Shown here: positions 51,456-64,000 of the stretch, one piece after another
Numbering within the stretch: position 1 is the first letter of the stretch
How the letters are laid out: each line of letters starts with the position of its first letter
Source: Callorhinchus milii
Lineage: Eukaryota
NCBI RefSeq assembly: GCF_018977255.1
Contig: NW_024704742.1
Coordinates: 19,284,001 to 19,348,000 of the forward strand
DNA length: 64,000 bases
Reading direction: 5' to 3'
Made by a program: the position numbers and the translations under genes
Notes under the pieces: generated by a model
The model's input: only the letters and a program-made list of their open reading frames with translations
Database searches by the model: none
Told to the model about the DNA's origin: nothing

Positions 51456-54400
51456 CTCGTTTAATTGTAAAATTATATTTCTTGGTTTTGAATCCCAGTA
51501 CCAGGTGGGAGAATCATTGTAAAAAGAATGTCAATGATTTAAAGAGAAGCATGCAAGGCATTTCACTATGATCAATGTAGACTAGTCTGAGGTTGTTGCA
51601 CTGTATTTATATTGTAACTTAAAGTCCTTGACTCGGATCATCAAGTCTGGCCGAACAATATGTCAACAGAGATTTGTTTTGTCTTAAATGCTTTGGTGGC
51701 ATAAATACAGAGTGGAAAAAGTGAACATCCCACTCACTCACATCAATCCGAAAAGGTCAGAATATTCTGGGAGCCTCCCACATTTATAAAATCTAATTGG
51801 AAATAAATACCCAGGTACAATGGTGACTAAATCTAGAAGGTAAAGTTTGTTGTATCTAATAATGAGTTCATTTGTTAATTAACACAAGAAAAGTGAAATG
51901 AAATGCCAAAAGTTTGAGCCAAGAGTTTCACCCTCTTTACTTTCCATTTGATGCTCTTAAATCTTATTGTTCAGCATCACAGTCCTTATCTCATTCAGCT
52001 CACTAACCCCTGGGGGAGGAGTGCTGACAGACCTGTACAAATCCCCAGCCATAGACATGCATGGAGATTCCTGTCTTCCTGTTGCATGTTTTAGTGAGAG
52101 CACTGGTTCTCTTCAATAAAAACAAAGGCTTAAAAGGGCTTTGACTGCATGAAGAAAAGTTTGGCAAATCTAATTTTAGTAAAAATAATAATCCTTGCAT
52201 TTGATACGGTGCTTTACCACATTATCGAGATGTCTCAAAGCGCTTCACAGGATATACTATGAAGTGAATTGACTAAAAAGAATACTGCCGTACATTTCTT
52301 TGAATGCTAATTAAGATACTATATTAAATGTAAAGATTATTATTATTTATCCATAACGTCATCAGAGTTATTCACACAGTTCAACCAAAGTTGCTTCTAA
52401 TGATTTATTTTAATACGTGTTAGCCTCTTAGCGGTGCTTCAACACAGTCTGAGAAATTCAAATAAGATACATTCTCCTGACATTAATGTAATTGAGTTGA
52501 GGAAGCATGAAATTGTAAAGTTACGATTTCCTCAATCTTGATCACTCAATCCTGCGTCAATGACCTATGGACATATCTGGAGGTCAAATAAATATTTGTT
52601 TAGTAAATACCAAATGTCGCAAAAATGTCTAAAAAATGACCATCACAAAAGGAATGAAGGATATGTTCCCTTGCTATTCTTGTGCAATACAGTTTCTTGA
52701 GGCTTTCATGTTTTGTGCATCATGTACATAAACAAATAGATAGTATAAGTAATGTGCAATTGCTCAGCCATGTGTTTGACACCAGAGAATAAATTCAAGA
52801 CTGTTAATGTGTAACTTATTAACCTATTATTTCGCCAATATTGGTTTTGGGACAGGCTGCATCCAGTTCATTTTTATTTCATTGTTTCTCTCGTTACCCC
52901 CAAAGTGATCTTTTGTCTAGCTTTTCTTTGCTGACATTGAATTTTTGGATAGATGTAAAGTTCGGACAACTGGTGGAAGGAAGATCCCTAGACTGTACTC
53001 ATGTCCTTTTTTCATGCATGAGTCAAACTGTACAATGTTTTTTTATGGGCCCCTGGGTAGCAAAAGCAAGCAGTGACACCCAGCTCCTATCTAAGCGGGC
53101 TGTGAGCTTGCGTTTCACGACTCAGACAGCCACTGACATCTGACACAAAGGAACATCACAAACTGATCATGGTGCAAATCTGACAAGGACCACATCATTT
53201 ATAATGAAATACGGCTAATAACATTTCTAAAGAAGCTGGGAAGATAGCTCCATTGCATGCAACACTTTTCAGAGCAGAGACCACATGTTCTGGATTATTA
53301 TGTTAACCTCCGACTAATAGGTTTTCTAAATGTTTTCCTGAGTGGATTCCTGTAAGTAAACTCCCAGCTGACCAGAGCATGAAACCAACCATGTCCTTCA
53401 AATTGACCATGTCATTTGTTTTCTTTCCTATGTTTATTTTTACATATAAGGTTGTTTTAGGATGTGGAATGCCCCAGAATGATGGATATGGCAGATTTTG
53501 TATGTAAAAGGGAATATCTGAATCGACTAAATATAAAATGGGATGGGAAAAAGTCAGGAAAATGGGACTAAACTGATATCTCTTTTAAACATCCAGCACT
53601 GGCACAATGTGCCAAATGGCCTTCTTCTGAGCTGAAAGAAGATCAAGAAAGCGTTTGAAGTGTTATTGTGAATGAATAAAATAGGGGAGCGAACCTTTAA
53701 GTTACAAATTCATAGTGTAAGACCATCACAAATGTAGCTGAAAAAGTCAGTCTTTAACCTTTTTATGACATCCTTAGATTAAAAAATATTGAATGCTACA
53801 CAATGAGGTGACAAAGAGAGTGTGGACAAATTCCAAAGTTTTACACATGTCACGAGGTACCTTATGGCTTTAATTGCCATCATCATCATCTCAATTCAGA
53901 GGATATTCAGAGGATATGGCTGAAAAAAAATGGTCCTGTTTTAAAGAGCTGCAGTCTGAAGAATGTATAAACCAGACTGTGAAAGGGAAGCCTGACAGAC
54001 ACCACGTTATTAACCTTATCTCCAGACGCCATGACATCTTAGTTCCAATAACATTTACTCGTATTTATGTTGTTTTATGCCTCTTAGATTGTGTTAATAA
54101 AGTGATGGATTATTTGAACATATGTCTCAAATCAGTCACTTTGCTCTAGCAATTGTAAGTATCACCAAGCCAAAATCAGCATGAGTAGTTTTGGCAGGTA
54201 TCCCAATTATACATTGGCTTATTATCCAGCAATTTGCTAGTTACCAAATTTAGCCTTAAACAAATGCAGGAAGTTGACAGTCCATTTATGTTTCTGACCA
54301 TCATTTTCACTTGAACACTGGGAGATCTAACACAGAATCCTATAGAAGTATGAACTCCCACGCTCTAAACTTTACCATTTTCTGGTTGTGGATCGACTCA

Positions 54401-54951
54401 GGTGGTCATTGTTTTGTATTTCCTGTTTTACTTGTTCCTCAGTCTCTTCAATTAAAACAGTCATTTTTTATGTACACTCCTGTTTCTATATACATCTACA
54501 TTTCTAACACACATCAATGCATAGAATGTATTAGTTGGTTCATTGTATATGTCCAAAGCTGCAGTCAATTGTAGGATGTTCATTCATTTTGACCTGCCAA
54601 CATTAAAATGGACATTTAATATGGCTAAAACAATGCCATATACTAATAAAAATAATCCTTGCATTTAATATAGGGTCTTTCACATTAAAGCACTTCATAG
54701 GATTCATTGATTCACTTACCCATTAATCAACAATGTAAGGAGACTGAGAATGAATATTAATATACCACAAATTCACTGGCTTAGAGAACAACATTTCGGA
54801 GTGAAGCATGGTGACTGGTGGGATATCGTCTTGATTGGGGATAAAGTACAGTTCACGTACAAAATACAGAGTAACTATATTTTACAGTAAATCGTTTGAA
54901 GCACTTTGAACCATGAAAAAAGCTGTATCAGATGTAAGGATTATTTATTAC

Positions 54952-55264
54952 GGAGAAACTGTTTTCTCTGGCGGGTGGATCGGTAATCAGAGGACACAGA
55001 TGGGCAAAAGAACCAGAAGGGAGATAAGGAGAACTTTTTTTTATCCAGAGAGTTGATATGGTCTGGAATGCATTGCATGAAAGGGTGGTGGAAGCAGATT
55101 TGATAATAGCTATCGAAAGGGATTTGGATAGGTACTTAAAAAGGAAACATTTGCAGGGCTATGCGGCAAGAGCGGGACTAGTTAGTTGCTCTTTCAAAGA
55201 GCCGGCACTGGCACGACTGGCTGAATGGCCTCCTTCTGTGCTGTAAACTTCTATGATTCTATGA
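54952..55264 (+). mobile_element. CR1 3' end
   Basis: RGHR and VWNAL remnants; GGCTGAATGGCCTCCTTCTGTGCTGTA followed by TTCTATGATTCTATG. Confidence 0.88.
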
Positions 55265-56219
55265 AATTCCACCTGGGTCTAGATTTATTCTATGTATGTA
55301 GCATTTTAGAGTTTCCAGCATTGGATTAATTGTTGAATTTAGAATTAACTTTGAGGTTGGTTTTCTGTAAGTTCTTAAAAGAATTTAGAGAATATCAATA
55401 ATTTGCTGAATTCTGGACAATAGGTAGACTGTGCTTTTAACTTCCTGGTGATTTAGTGGGTTCTCCCCTATTCATTGTTCCATTTCTAATGGATTTCAAT
55501 TTCAATTTGGAGATTCTGAATCCAAATTAAATAGAACCTTGTATTATGAAATATTATGTTACAGCTATAAGGAGGAATGAATAGGAACAGCTGTAGGAAA
55601 GACCAGACACAAATCAGATTTTTTTAAATTTCTGTGGCAGAAGGTCCAAAACTGAAAAATTCTTGGAAGATTTTGCCTTGTCAATTTTAATGAAGGAGGA
55701 AATTTAATTGTTCAAGACTGCTTCAAAATAATACAGTAGAATAATCCTTGCATTTGGTACATTGCCTTATCATATGTTTGAGACATCTCAAATCGTAGCA
55801 CAAGATTTACTGTGAGGGTATAGTTACTGTATATTTGTAGGCAAACACAGAAGCCAATTTACCCAAACCAATGATATACAAACAACCATGAAGTGAATAA
55901 CCAATTTTATCTTGGGGATTGTTGGCCGGGAAAACTGACTACGTTAGTATGAAATGTAATATACGAACATTAGTCTTTTTTTTGAATCGATTGCAACTGA
56001 ACCAAAAAGCATAACTAGTGAGATATGCCTGGAATGCTATTGCTAGCTATCTGATATCATTAACGCTCGTAAAAGGTACATATGCACTGAGAAAGCTTCC
56101 TGTCACAGGCTTATCTAAATAAAGCTAATGACCATTGAGAGATGGCTTGTAAATAGCATTATAGAATCTGACACAATACTTAATGTCATTCACTGTTTAG
56201 GGTGCAAATGCCTCTCACA

Positions 56220-57005
56220 TCAGGACCTGGATTAAGCAACTGGTGCTGGTGCTGAATAAACCTGGTACCCAGTATTGGACTTGGACCTCAAGAACATCAA
56301 AATGCCTGGCATGTCGCAAGCTGTCCTGCAAATGTCCTCCCACCACACTGAAGTCTGCCAGAGCTGATGAGGAAATTCTGAGGCTTAGGGCAACAGCTTC
56401 TGGAAGGTTTTAGCTGGAGTCTGAGTTTGTGAACACATATCTGTACATCCAGCTTGATTGGTTTTCAGAGAGGTAAGCAGATACTGCTCAAGCTCCACAT
56501 CTCCAGCTGGTGGAACCATCGCTCAATGGGAAGAATGTGTGTCTGAGCTTTGGACAGGAAGCCAGTGGCGATGCTCTCACACATTTTATGCTGAACTGTG
56601 GTGCCCACCAGGAAGCTCGCAAGATTTACTTGTACCCACCATCTTGAGGTTTCAAACTTGCACTTGTCGGACGTCAAATAACCGACTATCCTCATTGTGG
56701 AGGAAGGTAAGTGGGATCTCCTTGGAACTGAACTGGCTCCAAGGTGACATCTTTGGCAACAGAATATCAGAATTGAGTCCACCCTCTGAGGCAGACTTGG
56801 TAGTCAAAGTCCTGAGTCAGGCAGGTCCGCAGTATGCCAGGGCACTGCTGACAGTAGCACAGCCAGCCTGGCTCATCGGCAGGCCTTGGATGGACAGATC
56901 AATCATTGGGAATAGAGAATCATCCCACTCAGCTCCTATTAATCCTGCAATCCAAAGCCTTAATGGGTAGATTAGTCCTAGCTGGACAAGCAATGGGAAA
57001 GCTTC
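56220..57005 (+). mobile_element. Family X: LINE ORF2 C-terminus with degenerate zinc knuckle plus start of 3' UTR
   Basis: Frameshifted peptides KQILLKLHISS and VCLSFGQEASGDALTHFMLNCGAHQEARKIYL resemble the CCHC C-terminus of RTEX-type and related LINEs. Confidence 0.6.
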
Positions 57006-57554
57006 CAAATTAAAACTGAATTGAAGCATTATCTCAAAATCTTCACCATTTTATATTTTAAGACAATGTGTATAATGTGTATATAAGGTTACGATGTCAA
57101 GAAATTTCCATTCCTCAACTCAAAATAGTTGTAAGCAAATCAGTATCAAACATTTGTCTGCAGTTGTATAGTACTGACAGATTATCTAAAGTAATTTCAG
57201 AAATCACATGAAACCATTAAGAATAACATACTACTTCATGAACTATTTTAAGTGATTTTGTCACTCTGTGTTTATAAATGACTGTAATTAGTTTATATTC
57301 ATAATCTAGCGCTATATTTAAAATTGAATTATTTACTATTTAATGTTTCACTGCAGTTATTTTCAAGCGCACAGCAGCAATGCATTAAATTTAATGATGG
57401 GGCAGAAGAAATCCCAATACTTTTTCTTAACCCACATCAGTCCCTGCACCTAAACAGTATATATTCTCAGACCGTTCTCTGTTAAAAATACTGAAACTAA
57501 CATCCAAATCTGTATTCTTGTGTTGGCAATCTCTGTGCTTTAAGAGCCGTTTTG

Positions 57555-57890
57555 TGCTACTGGGGGCAGGGGTTCTTCCCAAGCAAGTCCCACTAACCCT
57601 GCACGTCAATGCCCAACAGGTAGGGTGGTCCTAGCTGGACAAGCAGCGGGAAGCTTGATAGACAGTGCTCTGCATGGCAAGCTATGTGGTTTTAGCTGGC
57701 TAAACTCTAGCAGTAACTCAATGCACACTTTAGGGTCCCCAATCCTTTATTCCAGCCAATCTGCACCTAATACTCTCTGGAATGCGTCTCCTGGGTAAAA
57801 AGCGCACATTGCATTGCAGACACAGAACTTTCTATGTGTAAATTGCACACATGGAAGCCTCAGTTTAGTTCAGACACTGCTAATCAAGGT
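57555..57890 (+). mobile_element. Second family X 3' UTR fragment
   Basis: GTCCTAGCTGGACAAGCA is shared with 56975; the downstream part matches 41260-41440. Confidence 0.7.
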
Positions 57891-58068
57891 GAATCATTCC
57901 CATTTTTGCTCATCTGATCAATGCCCTGCTCCTAATCATAACTCAAGTACAAATTAATGGACTCAAAATGATTCATTTGAGCACTTGAAGTCATCCAGCC
58001 ATAGCCAACTTTTTTTTTAACTCAGTATATAATCAAAACATACGTCCATTACAGTGAACGGTATACAT

Positions 58069-58260
58069 CAGGGATGGGGGTTTCCAATCTTTTGGCTGTT
58101 GAGGGCCAGATGACCTATTTGAGAAATGTCCGTGGCCCACATAAGCAATATTTTTGTGTTTCCCTTCCAGAAACATAACTTAACATATACGGGTTATGGA
58201 GGGAGCAGGTGGGCCAGATGAAATGGAGCAAGGGGTCAGGCCCCCAGTTGGAGCACTCTG
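58069..58260. mobile_element. hAT (Charlie-like) MITE, 192 bp, with perfect 8-bp target-site duplication
   Basis: GTATACAT|CAGGGA...TTTCCAA ... TTGGAGCACTCTG|GTATACAT; internal repeated GGGCCAGATG. Confidence 0.85.
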
Positions 58261-58844
58261 GTATACATAACCTTAATGGACTGTTCCAGGCAAAGTGTAT
58301 TTGAGCATGTGAGAAATTAGATTACATGCACCTTTGATGTAACCTGATCCATATCTTGTACCCAGAGTTCAACACATTATGAAGATTTCATTATTTCTTC
58401 TTCTCAGCACATAAAAATTCACTTTTTATTGAAGTCAATTTTATTGCACGCCTTAGTGTGACATTTTTAATAATTCAATTTGGTATCTTTTGAGGCGTTT
58501 ATTTTCCCACATCTTAACCACAAGACATTTTGTTATTTTAAGTTAAAATCTTGAATGCATGAATGTGCATACCAAACAATAATAATCACCCACAGGAAAT
58601 TCCAAAGATCCAGAGAATGTACGCAACACTAGGCTGCTGATTTAGGCAAAGATGCCCTAAGATAGAAGTGCTTATCGTGTACAAAAGACTGATTTGTCAA
58701 TCAGCACAAAAACATAACCCCAGGCCGGATGAACAAACATTATTGCTATTGCTGTTCGTCCAGAAAATACACAGTGACTACACTTTACAGTAAATCCTGT
58801 GAAGAGCATTGAGATGTCCTCCTTACATGAAAGACACTGTATTA

Positions 58845-59150
58845 CAGAGCTGCAGGGGTGTTGCATTGTTGAAATTGCTGACCTTTAGATGAGATACAGT
58901 TAAACAAAGAGCTCATCTGCTTGTTCAGGTGAACGTTAAAGATTCCACGACACTATCTGAAAAGAAAATGGAGTTTCTTCAAATTTGGTCATTGATTTCA
59001 TGGATGTTTGTGGGCCATTGTTGTGTGCAAATTGGTTTCTATATTTGCCCACAAAACACATAGTGACTCCACTTTCCAGTACATCCTGTGTAGTGCTTCA
59101 GGACATCCTCCCGACATGAAAGATGCTATACCAAATTATTATTATTATTT
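58845..59150 (+). mobile_element. Deu-domain SINE
   Basis: CATCTGCTTGTTCAGGTGAACGTTAAAGATTCCA core and (TTA)n tail. Confidence 0.8.
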
Positions 59151-61031
59151 ATCTGCAACTTTTCCTGCTGGTGTATACAGCACTGCACCTGCTTGTTGCA
59201 ATTACCTTTCTCAATTTTTATTTTATATATAATTCGAACCAGGAGGATTAGAAAAGTTTAAAAGCATGGACTATAACAATAATCCTCGTATTTGATATGG
59301 CACCTTAACATGTCAAAGTCCTTCACAGGATTTACCATAATGTGTAGTGACTATTTGTAGGCAAATGTCGTGGCCAATTTGCACACAGCAATATCCCACA
59401 AACACCTACAAGCGAAAAGTCCATTGTCACTCACCGCCATGCTTAAACAAAAACCACGTAGACAAAGTTGTCATGTAGCTTGAACCAAGCTCTAAAAATC
59501 TCAAAACATTTTACAGAAAAGTTCATTGCTGTTTAAACTAGTAAGATTAGCTAAGTGCAATCAAATAACTAGAAATCATGAAGAATACGCCCAGTTTCCT
59601 GAGAGGAAGACTGATTGAATCAGTCATTCTGCAGCAACATATATTGAACAACTTAAAGGTTCCCTTCCTGTCCCCAAAACAGTTAACTTACTCAGGAACT
59701 TAACACTGAAATCACAAAAAAGAAATTTGCAATACACTTAGATTTTAACCTTAAGAAGTTATTAATGATTGGATCTTATCCACTGGGTAAAAATGTAAAC
59801 TGTGATAGAACAGAGATATGAATTCTACATGGCATTATCTGTCTTGGAAATAAAGTTAAACCATTGTTAGTGATTAGCGTGAGCAGAAGGGAATTGGCAC
59901 AGAATCCCCACTGAGGTTCCAAGATCCTGTTAACACCGCACCACTGTCTTGGCTTTTACAATATAGCAATCTGGCCTGACCCACATTATGATATCAGAAC
60001 GCATCTGTCCATACCTGTTTAGAAATGTGGTTATATATTTTAATGGAATTGATGAAAATCCAAGGACGGCGGCAGCGGCAGGAACATTACTCTCAAGAAC
60101 ATTTAACATCATAGGTCCATCGGTGAGATGTTAACCAAGTTAATAGATTGTAAAGTGATTGTTTTATGATTGAATGGATACCTCATCTGTTAAGACATTG
60201 TAAATACTGATCATTATGCACTCATCCCAGAGACTGTATTATTCAGTTGGATCATTATGCTTAGCTGTATCCTTTATAAATACAATTTCTACTAGTAGAT
60301 AAGTCCCTTTGAGTCTGCACTTCAACTGAGATTGTCAGTATAAGAAACTGGAAATTCCATGTCAATGCAGTTGGAGGTATTCTTCTGAGTTTGAAGTGAA
60401 AATGCATGGTTGCCAAAGTAGCAAGAGTTTTGCTTTCTGTGTGTCTGACCATGAATGCTTGACACTTTACAGGATGGGTGAAATTCCCTGGTTGATAAAG
60501 TTACAGAGCCGTATACACTTACATTGGAGAAATTGCTTTATAACTTTACTCTCTAGTGGAATTTCACCCCACAGGTGCCAACATGGGAAATTGCTCCAGT
60601 CCTCAGTATAAAGAACCTTGGAATAATTCAATTTAAATCATTTTTTAATAATAAAAATCTTCCTTCCTGAGGATTGCTTTTACCCTGTTGACAGATTTTC
60701 CAAGCTTGGGTTTTGTAAAAAAATAAAGCTCATTCTGGGTAATCTTCACTGACCATACTCTGTTTTCGTTGTTCTGAATGTAAAGTCCTGCTTACCATAA
60801 TTGCTGACTTCCAGTTCACTCATTAGGGATGAAGTTAAACAATGTGGGAACTTGGTGTTTCATAATATACCATCAGAGTGGGTCACCAAGATTATAATTA
60901 CTACCTAGCACGCCGTTGAGTGAAGTACAATTACCTGAAAAAGATCATTAACAGGCACTATCGTGCATTTCATCATAAATGTATGTTCTCAGAAATGATA
61001 TAAGAATCTTAATGAAGTGTCTGTGAATAGA

Positions 61032-61865
61032 AAACAACAACAACAACAAGATTCCATTTATAAAGCGCCTTTCACGTCAGGAGGACGTCCCAAGGCGCTG
61101 CACAGTTGGGTCATGACCCGAGCAGGGGGGAAATGGTCAGGGTGAGGGGAGGGAAGGGAGGGAGCGAGGAGGGGGGAAATGGTCAGGGTGAGGGGAGGGA
61201 AGGAGGGAGCGAGGAGGGGAAGAGAGTCGAGAGGGGAGCTGAAGGCTCGGTCAAAGAGAAAGGTTTTGAGACCGGCCTTGAGGAGGAAAGGGAGGAGGCG
61301 GCGAAGGCACTGGGGGATAGAGTTCCAGAGCCTGGGGCTGAGAGGCTGAAGGCCCGACCACCGATGGTAGGGCGGTTGGGGCGGGGATGTGGAGCAGACC
61401 GGAGCCAGAGGACCGGAGGTATGGGCAGGTAGGTAGGGGGATAGTAGGTCAGAGAGGTAGGAGGGAGCAAGGCCGTGAATGGCCTTGTAGGTGAGGATGA
61501 GGATCTTGAAATCAATCCTCTGGGGATGGGGAGCCAGTGGAGGCGAGCGAGGGTGGGTGTGATGTGGTCCCGAAGCTGGTGCGGGACAGTACACGAGCTG
61601 CAGAGTTCTGAATGACCTGCAGCTTGTGGAGGGAGGCCGGGAAGGCCGGCGAGGAGAGAGTTCCCATAGTCCAGCCTTGAGGTGACAAAGGCGTGGACCA
61701 GAGTTTCAGCAGCGTGAGGGGTGAGGTAGTGCCGTAGTCTGGCGATGTTCCGGAGGTGATGGAAGGCGGTGCCAGTTGTGGTGCGGATGTGAGGGAGAAA
61801 GGACAGCTCAGGGTCGAACAAAACGCCGAGGTTCCTGACTGGCTTTGAGAGGTGGAGAGTGCACC
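61032..61865 (-). mobile_element. Young 5'-truncated L2
   Basis: HAFVTSRLDYGNSLLAGLP and LARLHWLP; many retained CpGs; GGAATC(TTG)n tail. Confidence 0.95.
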
Positions 61866-62783
61866 TCTATGTGACCATTGAGGAAGCCAGTCTGAATATG
61901 TATCAAATACTAGTAATTGTCTTCTCTGTTATGACAAAAATGCTGAGCCCCGCATTATTGCGCTTATGTTTTTATGTGAAGATTTATAATAATAATCCTT
62001 GCATTTGATATAGCACCTTATCACTTCTTCTCGACATCTCAAAGCGCTTCACATTTACATTGCATTTACATTCAATAGTACAGCACAGAAACAGGCCATT
62101 CGACTCAACTGGTCCATGCTAGTGTTTATTCTCCGCAGGATCCTCCATCTCTCCCAAACCCTTCTATTGTTTTCTCTCTCACATTTGCGGCAAAATTCTT
62201 CTTAAATACCTTCATAGTTTTTGCTTCAAGCATAGCTTCCGCTGTTTGAGCTCTGTCACAGACACCCATTTTGTTTTCTATGCCTGTCTGTTGTTTAAAT
62301 ATATTAAGTCGTGCTTTTTTTTATGTATTTTATGTTTTTTATGTATTTAACATTTTTAATATTTATGGTGCCATCAAGTCCGACTCTAGCATCGATTGCA
62401 ACAACTTGGCGGGTAATTTACCATTCTAAAATGCAAATGAAGGATTGGAAGTGTACTTGCCCCTGTTGGGCAACTGAGGGGAGGATCTGATTGGACCATA
62501 AAATAGGCAACAGTTACATAACAACAACAACAACAAGATTCCATTTATAGAGCGTCTTTCACGTCGGGAGGACATAAAGTAATTGGTGCAATAAAATTAT
62601 CATTGAGTACCTTAATTCGGGGAGGGACTCAATGCCCATAAAAGAATGAGCGCCATGTGCTCATGGTCGCCATATGTTCTACTTGATGACAACAAAGGTA
62701 TGTGCTCTCATTATTAATGAGTAGTAGTCAGAGATTAGTTCTTCGTGCACTTTTACATTAACTTGATTACAAGTAGCTGCTTG

Positions 62784-63241
62784 CTCACCTACAAGGCCAT
62801 TCACGGCCTCGCTCCCTCCTACCTCTCCAACCTACTATCCCCCTACCTACCTGCCCGTACCCTCCGTTCCTCTGGCTCTGGTCTGCTCCACGTCCCCCGC
62901 CCCAACCGCCCTACCATCGGTGGTCGGGCCTTCAGCCTCTCAGCCCCCAGGCTCTGGAACTCTATCCCCCAGTGCCTTCGCCTTGCTTCCTCCCTTCCCT
63001 CCTTCAAGGCCAGTCTCAAAACCTTTCTCTTTGACCGTGCCTTCAGCTCCCCTCTCGACTCTCTTCCCCCTCCTCGCTCCCTCCCTTCCCTCCCCTCACC
63101 CTGACCATTTCCCCCCTCCTCGCTCCTTCCCCTCCCCTGATCATTTCCGCCCTGCTCGGGTCATGACCCAACTGTGCAGCGCCTTGGGACGTCCTCCTGA
63201 CGTGAAAGGCGCTTTATAAATGGAATCTTGTTGTTGTTGTT
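62784..63241 (+). mobile_element. Young 5'-truncated L2 of the same subfamily as 61032-61865
   Basis: LTYKAIHGLAPSYLS...RLWNSIP; same GGAATC(TTG)n tail. Confidence 0.95.
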
Positions 63242-63367
63242 GCGTGTGTAGTTTAAGTGTTTGTTTGTTATCTCATAGTTGTGATATTTATCATTTTGTT
63301 TAAGATTTAATGCCGAGGGTTGTGGATTTCATTGAAGCTACATTAAAATTCTGTTGAGCTAACTTAC

Positions 63368-63388
63368 CCGTGTTTTAACTCGAGCTTT
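63368..63388 (-). CDS. Candidate 21-nt microexon (KARVKTR in phase 0, or KLELKH in phase 2)
   Basis: Acceptor TTCCCTTCTTCTTTGATTTATGCAG, donor CGG|GTAAGT, length a multiple of 3. Confidence 0.4.
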
Positions 63389-64000
63389 CTGCATAAATCA
63401 AAGAAGAAGGGAATGCACAAACTGGTTCAGGCTAGGTCACAGAGGTGTAAAATAAACCTTTGATTGACTGAAGCTTCCCAATTTGCTTTAATTTAAATAG
63501 CGATTGGAAGTACCTGTCGTCATGGAAGAACTCATTGGTCAAGTTACACCTAGTTATAGGGACTTGCATTCATTAGTGAGGATTGAACACAGAGGCCACC
63601 CAGTACACTCTGCGAAGGAGAGCTAGCCAGATCGTGGGTGTATATATAAGGATGACCGAACTGTCTCAGCTCCACATTCTCCTCACCCTATGCAGAAAGA
63701 TGCTCCTCCCAAACTGCCTTTCAGATCTGCCTCTGTCACTCTTATGTTTGTGCCTCTCTTTTTGGACTCACTCAAAAGTGGAAACATTTATACAAATCTT
63801 TATATGTATATTTTATATAAATTTCTGTTACTAAGAAACTGTCTAGACATTGGGTTTTAATGGTAAGAAGCACAAAGTGTAGGTTGGTGTAGGTTGTTCT
63901 ATTGCTCCCTGCATCTCAAACTGAAATCTTGGCAATAATGAAAAACAAGCACTGGGCATGCCAATATTCTCTGTACTGACATCATTCTCCTTCATGGCAC

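Noticed and set aside
56458..56970. 170-aa plus-strand ORF as a protein-coding gene
   Set aside because: It lies in a dispersed repeat, and the LINE-like motifs are in other frames.
60796..60934. Minus-strand coding exon
   Set aside because: The splice-like sites are good but all three frames have stops; at most a UTR or start-codon exon, with no support.

Overview
This is repeat-rich, CpG-depleted vertebrate genomic DNA. The repeat families present (CR1 LINEs with (TTCTTATG)n-type tails, L2 LINEs with (TTG)n tails, Deu-domain SINEs with (TTA)n tails, LF-SINE-like relics) suggest a cartilaginous fish, possibly a chimaera; this is inference. No complete gene, RNA gene, CRISPR array or prokaryotic-type system is visible, and every long ORF I can assign is a LINE fragment or an antisense shadow of one. 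The window looks like large introns with a few candidate minus-strand exons (21 nt at 63368-63388, 171 nt at 11276-11446, 101 nt at 3077-3177) of a gene I cannot identify. The most notable structures are: an old LINE family I cannot name, with a degenerate zinc-knuckle C-terminus and a structured 3' UTR, in about 9 fragments; an antisense L2 nested inside another L2; a young inverted L2 pair; template-switch-like hairpins at 9281-9432; a locally templated insertion inside a SINE; palindromic MITEs; and a hAT MITE with a perfect 8-bp target-site duplication. Repeat boundaries are approximate and family names come from remembered consensus features, not database searches.
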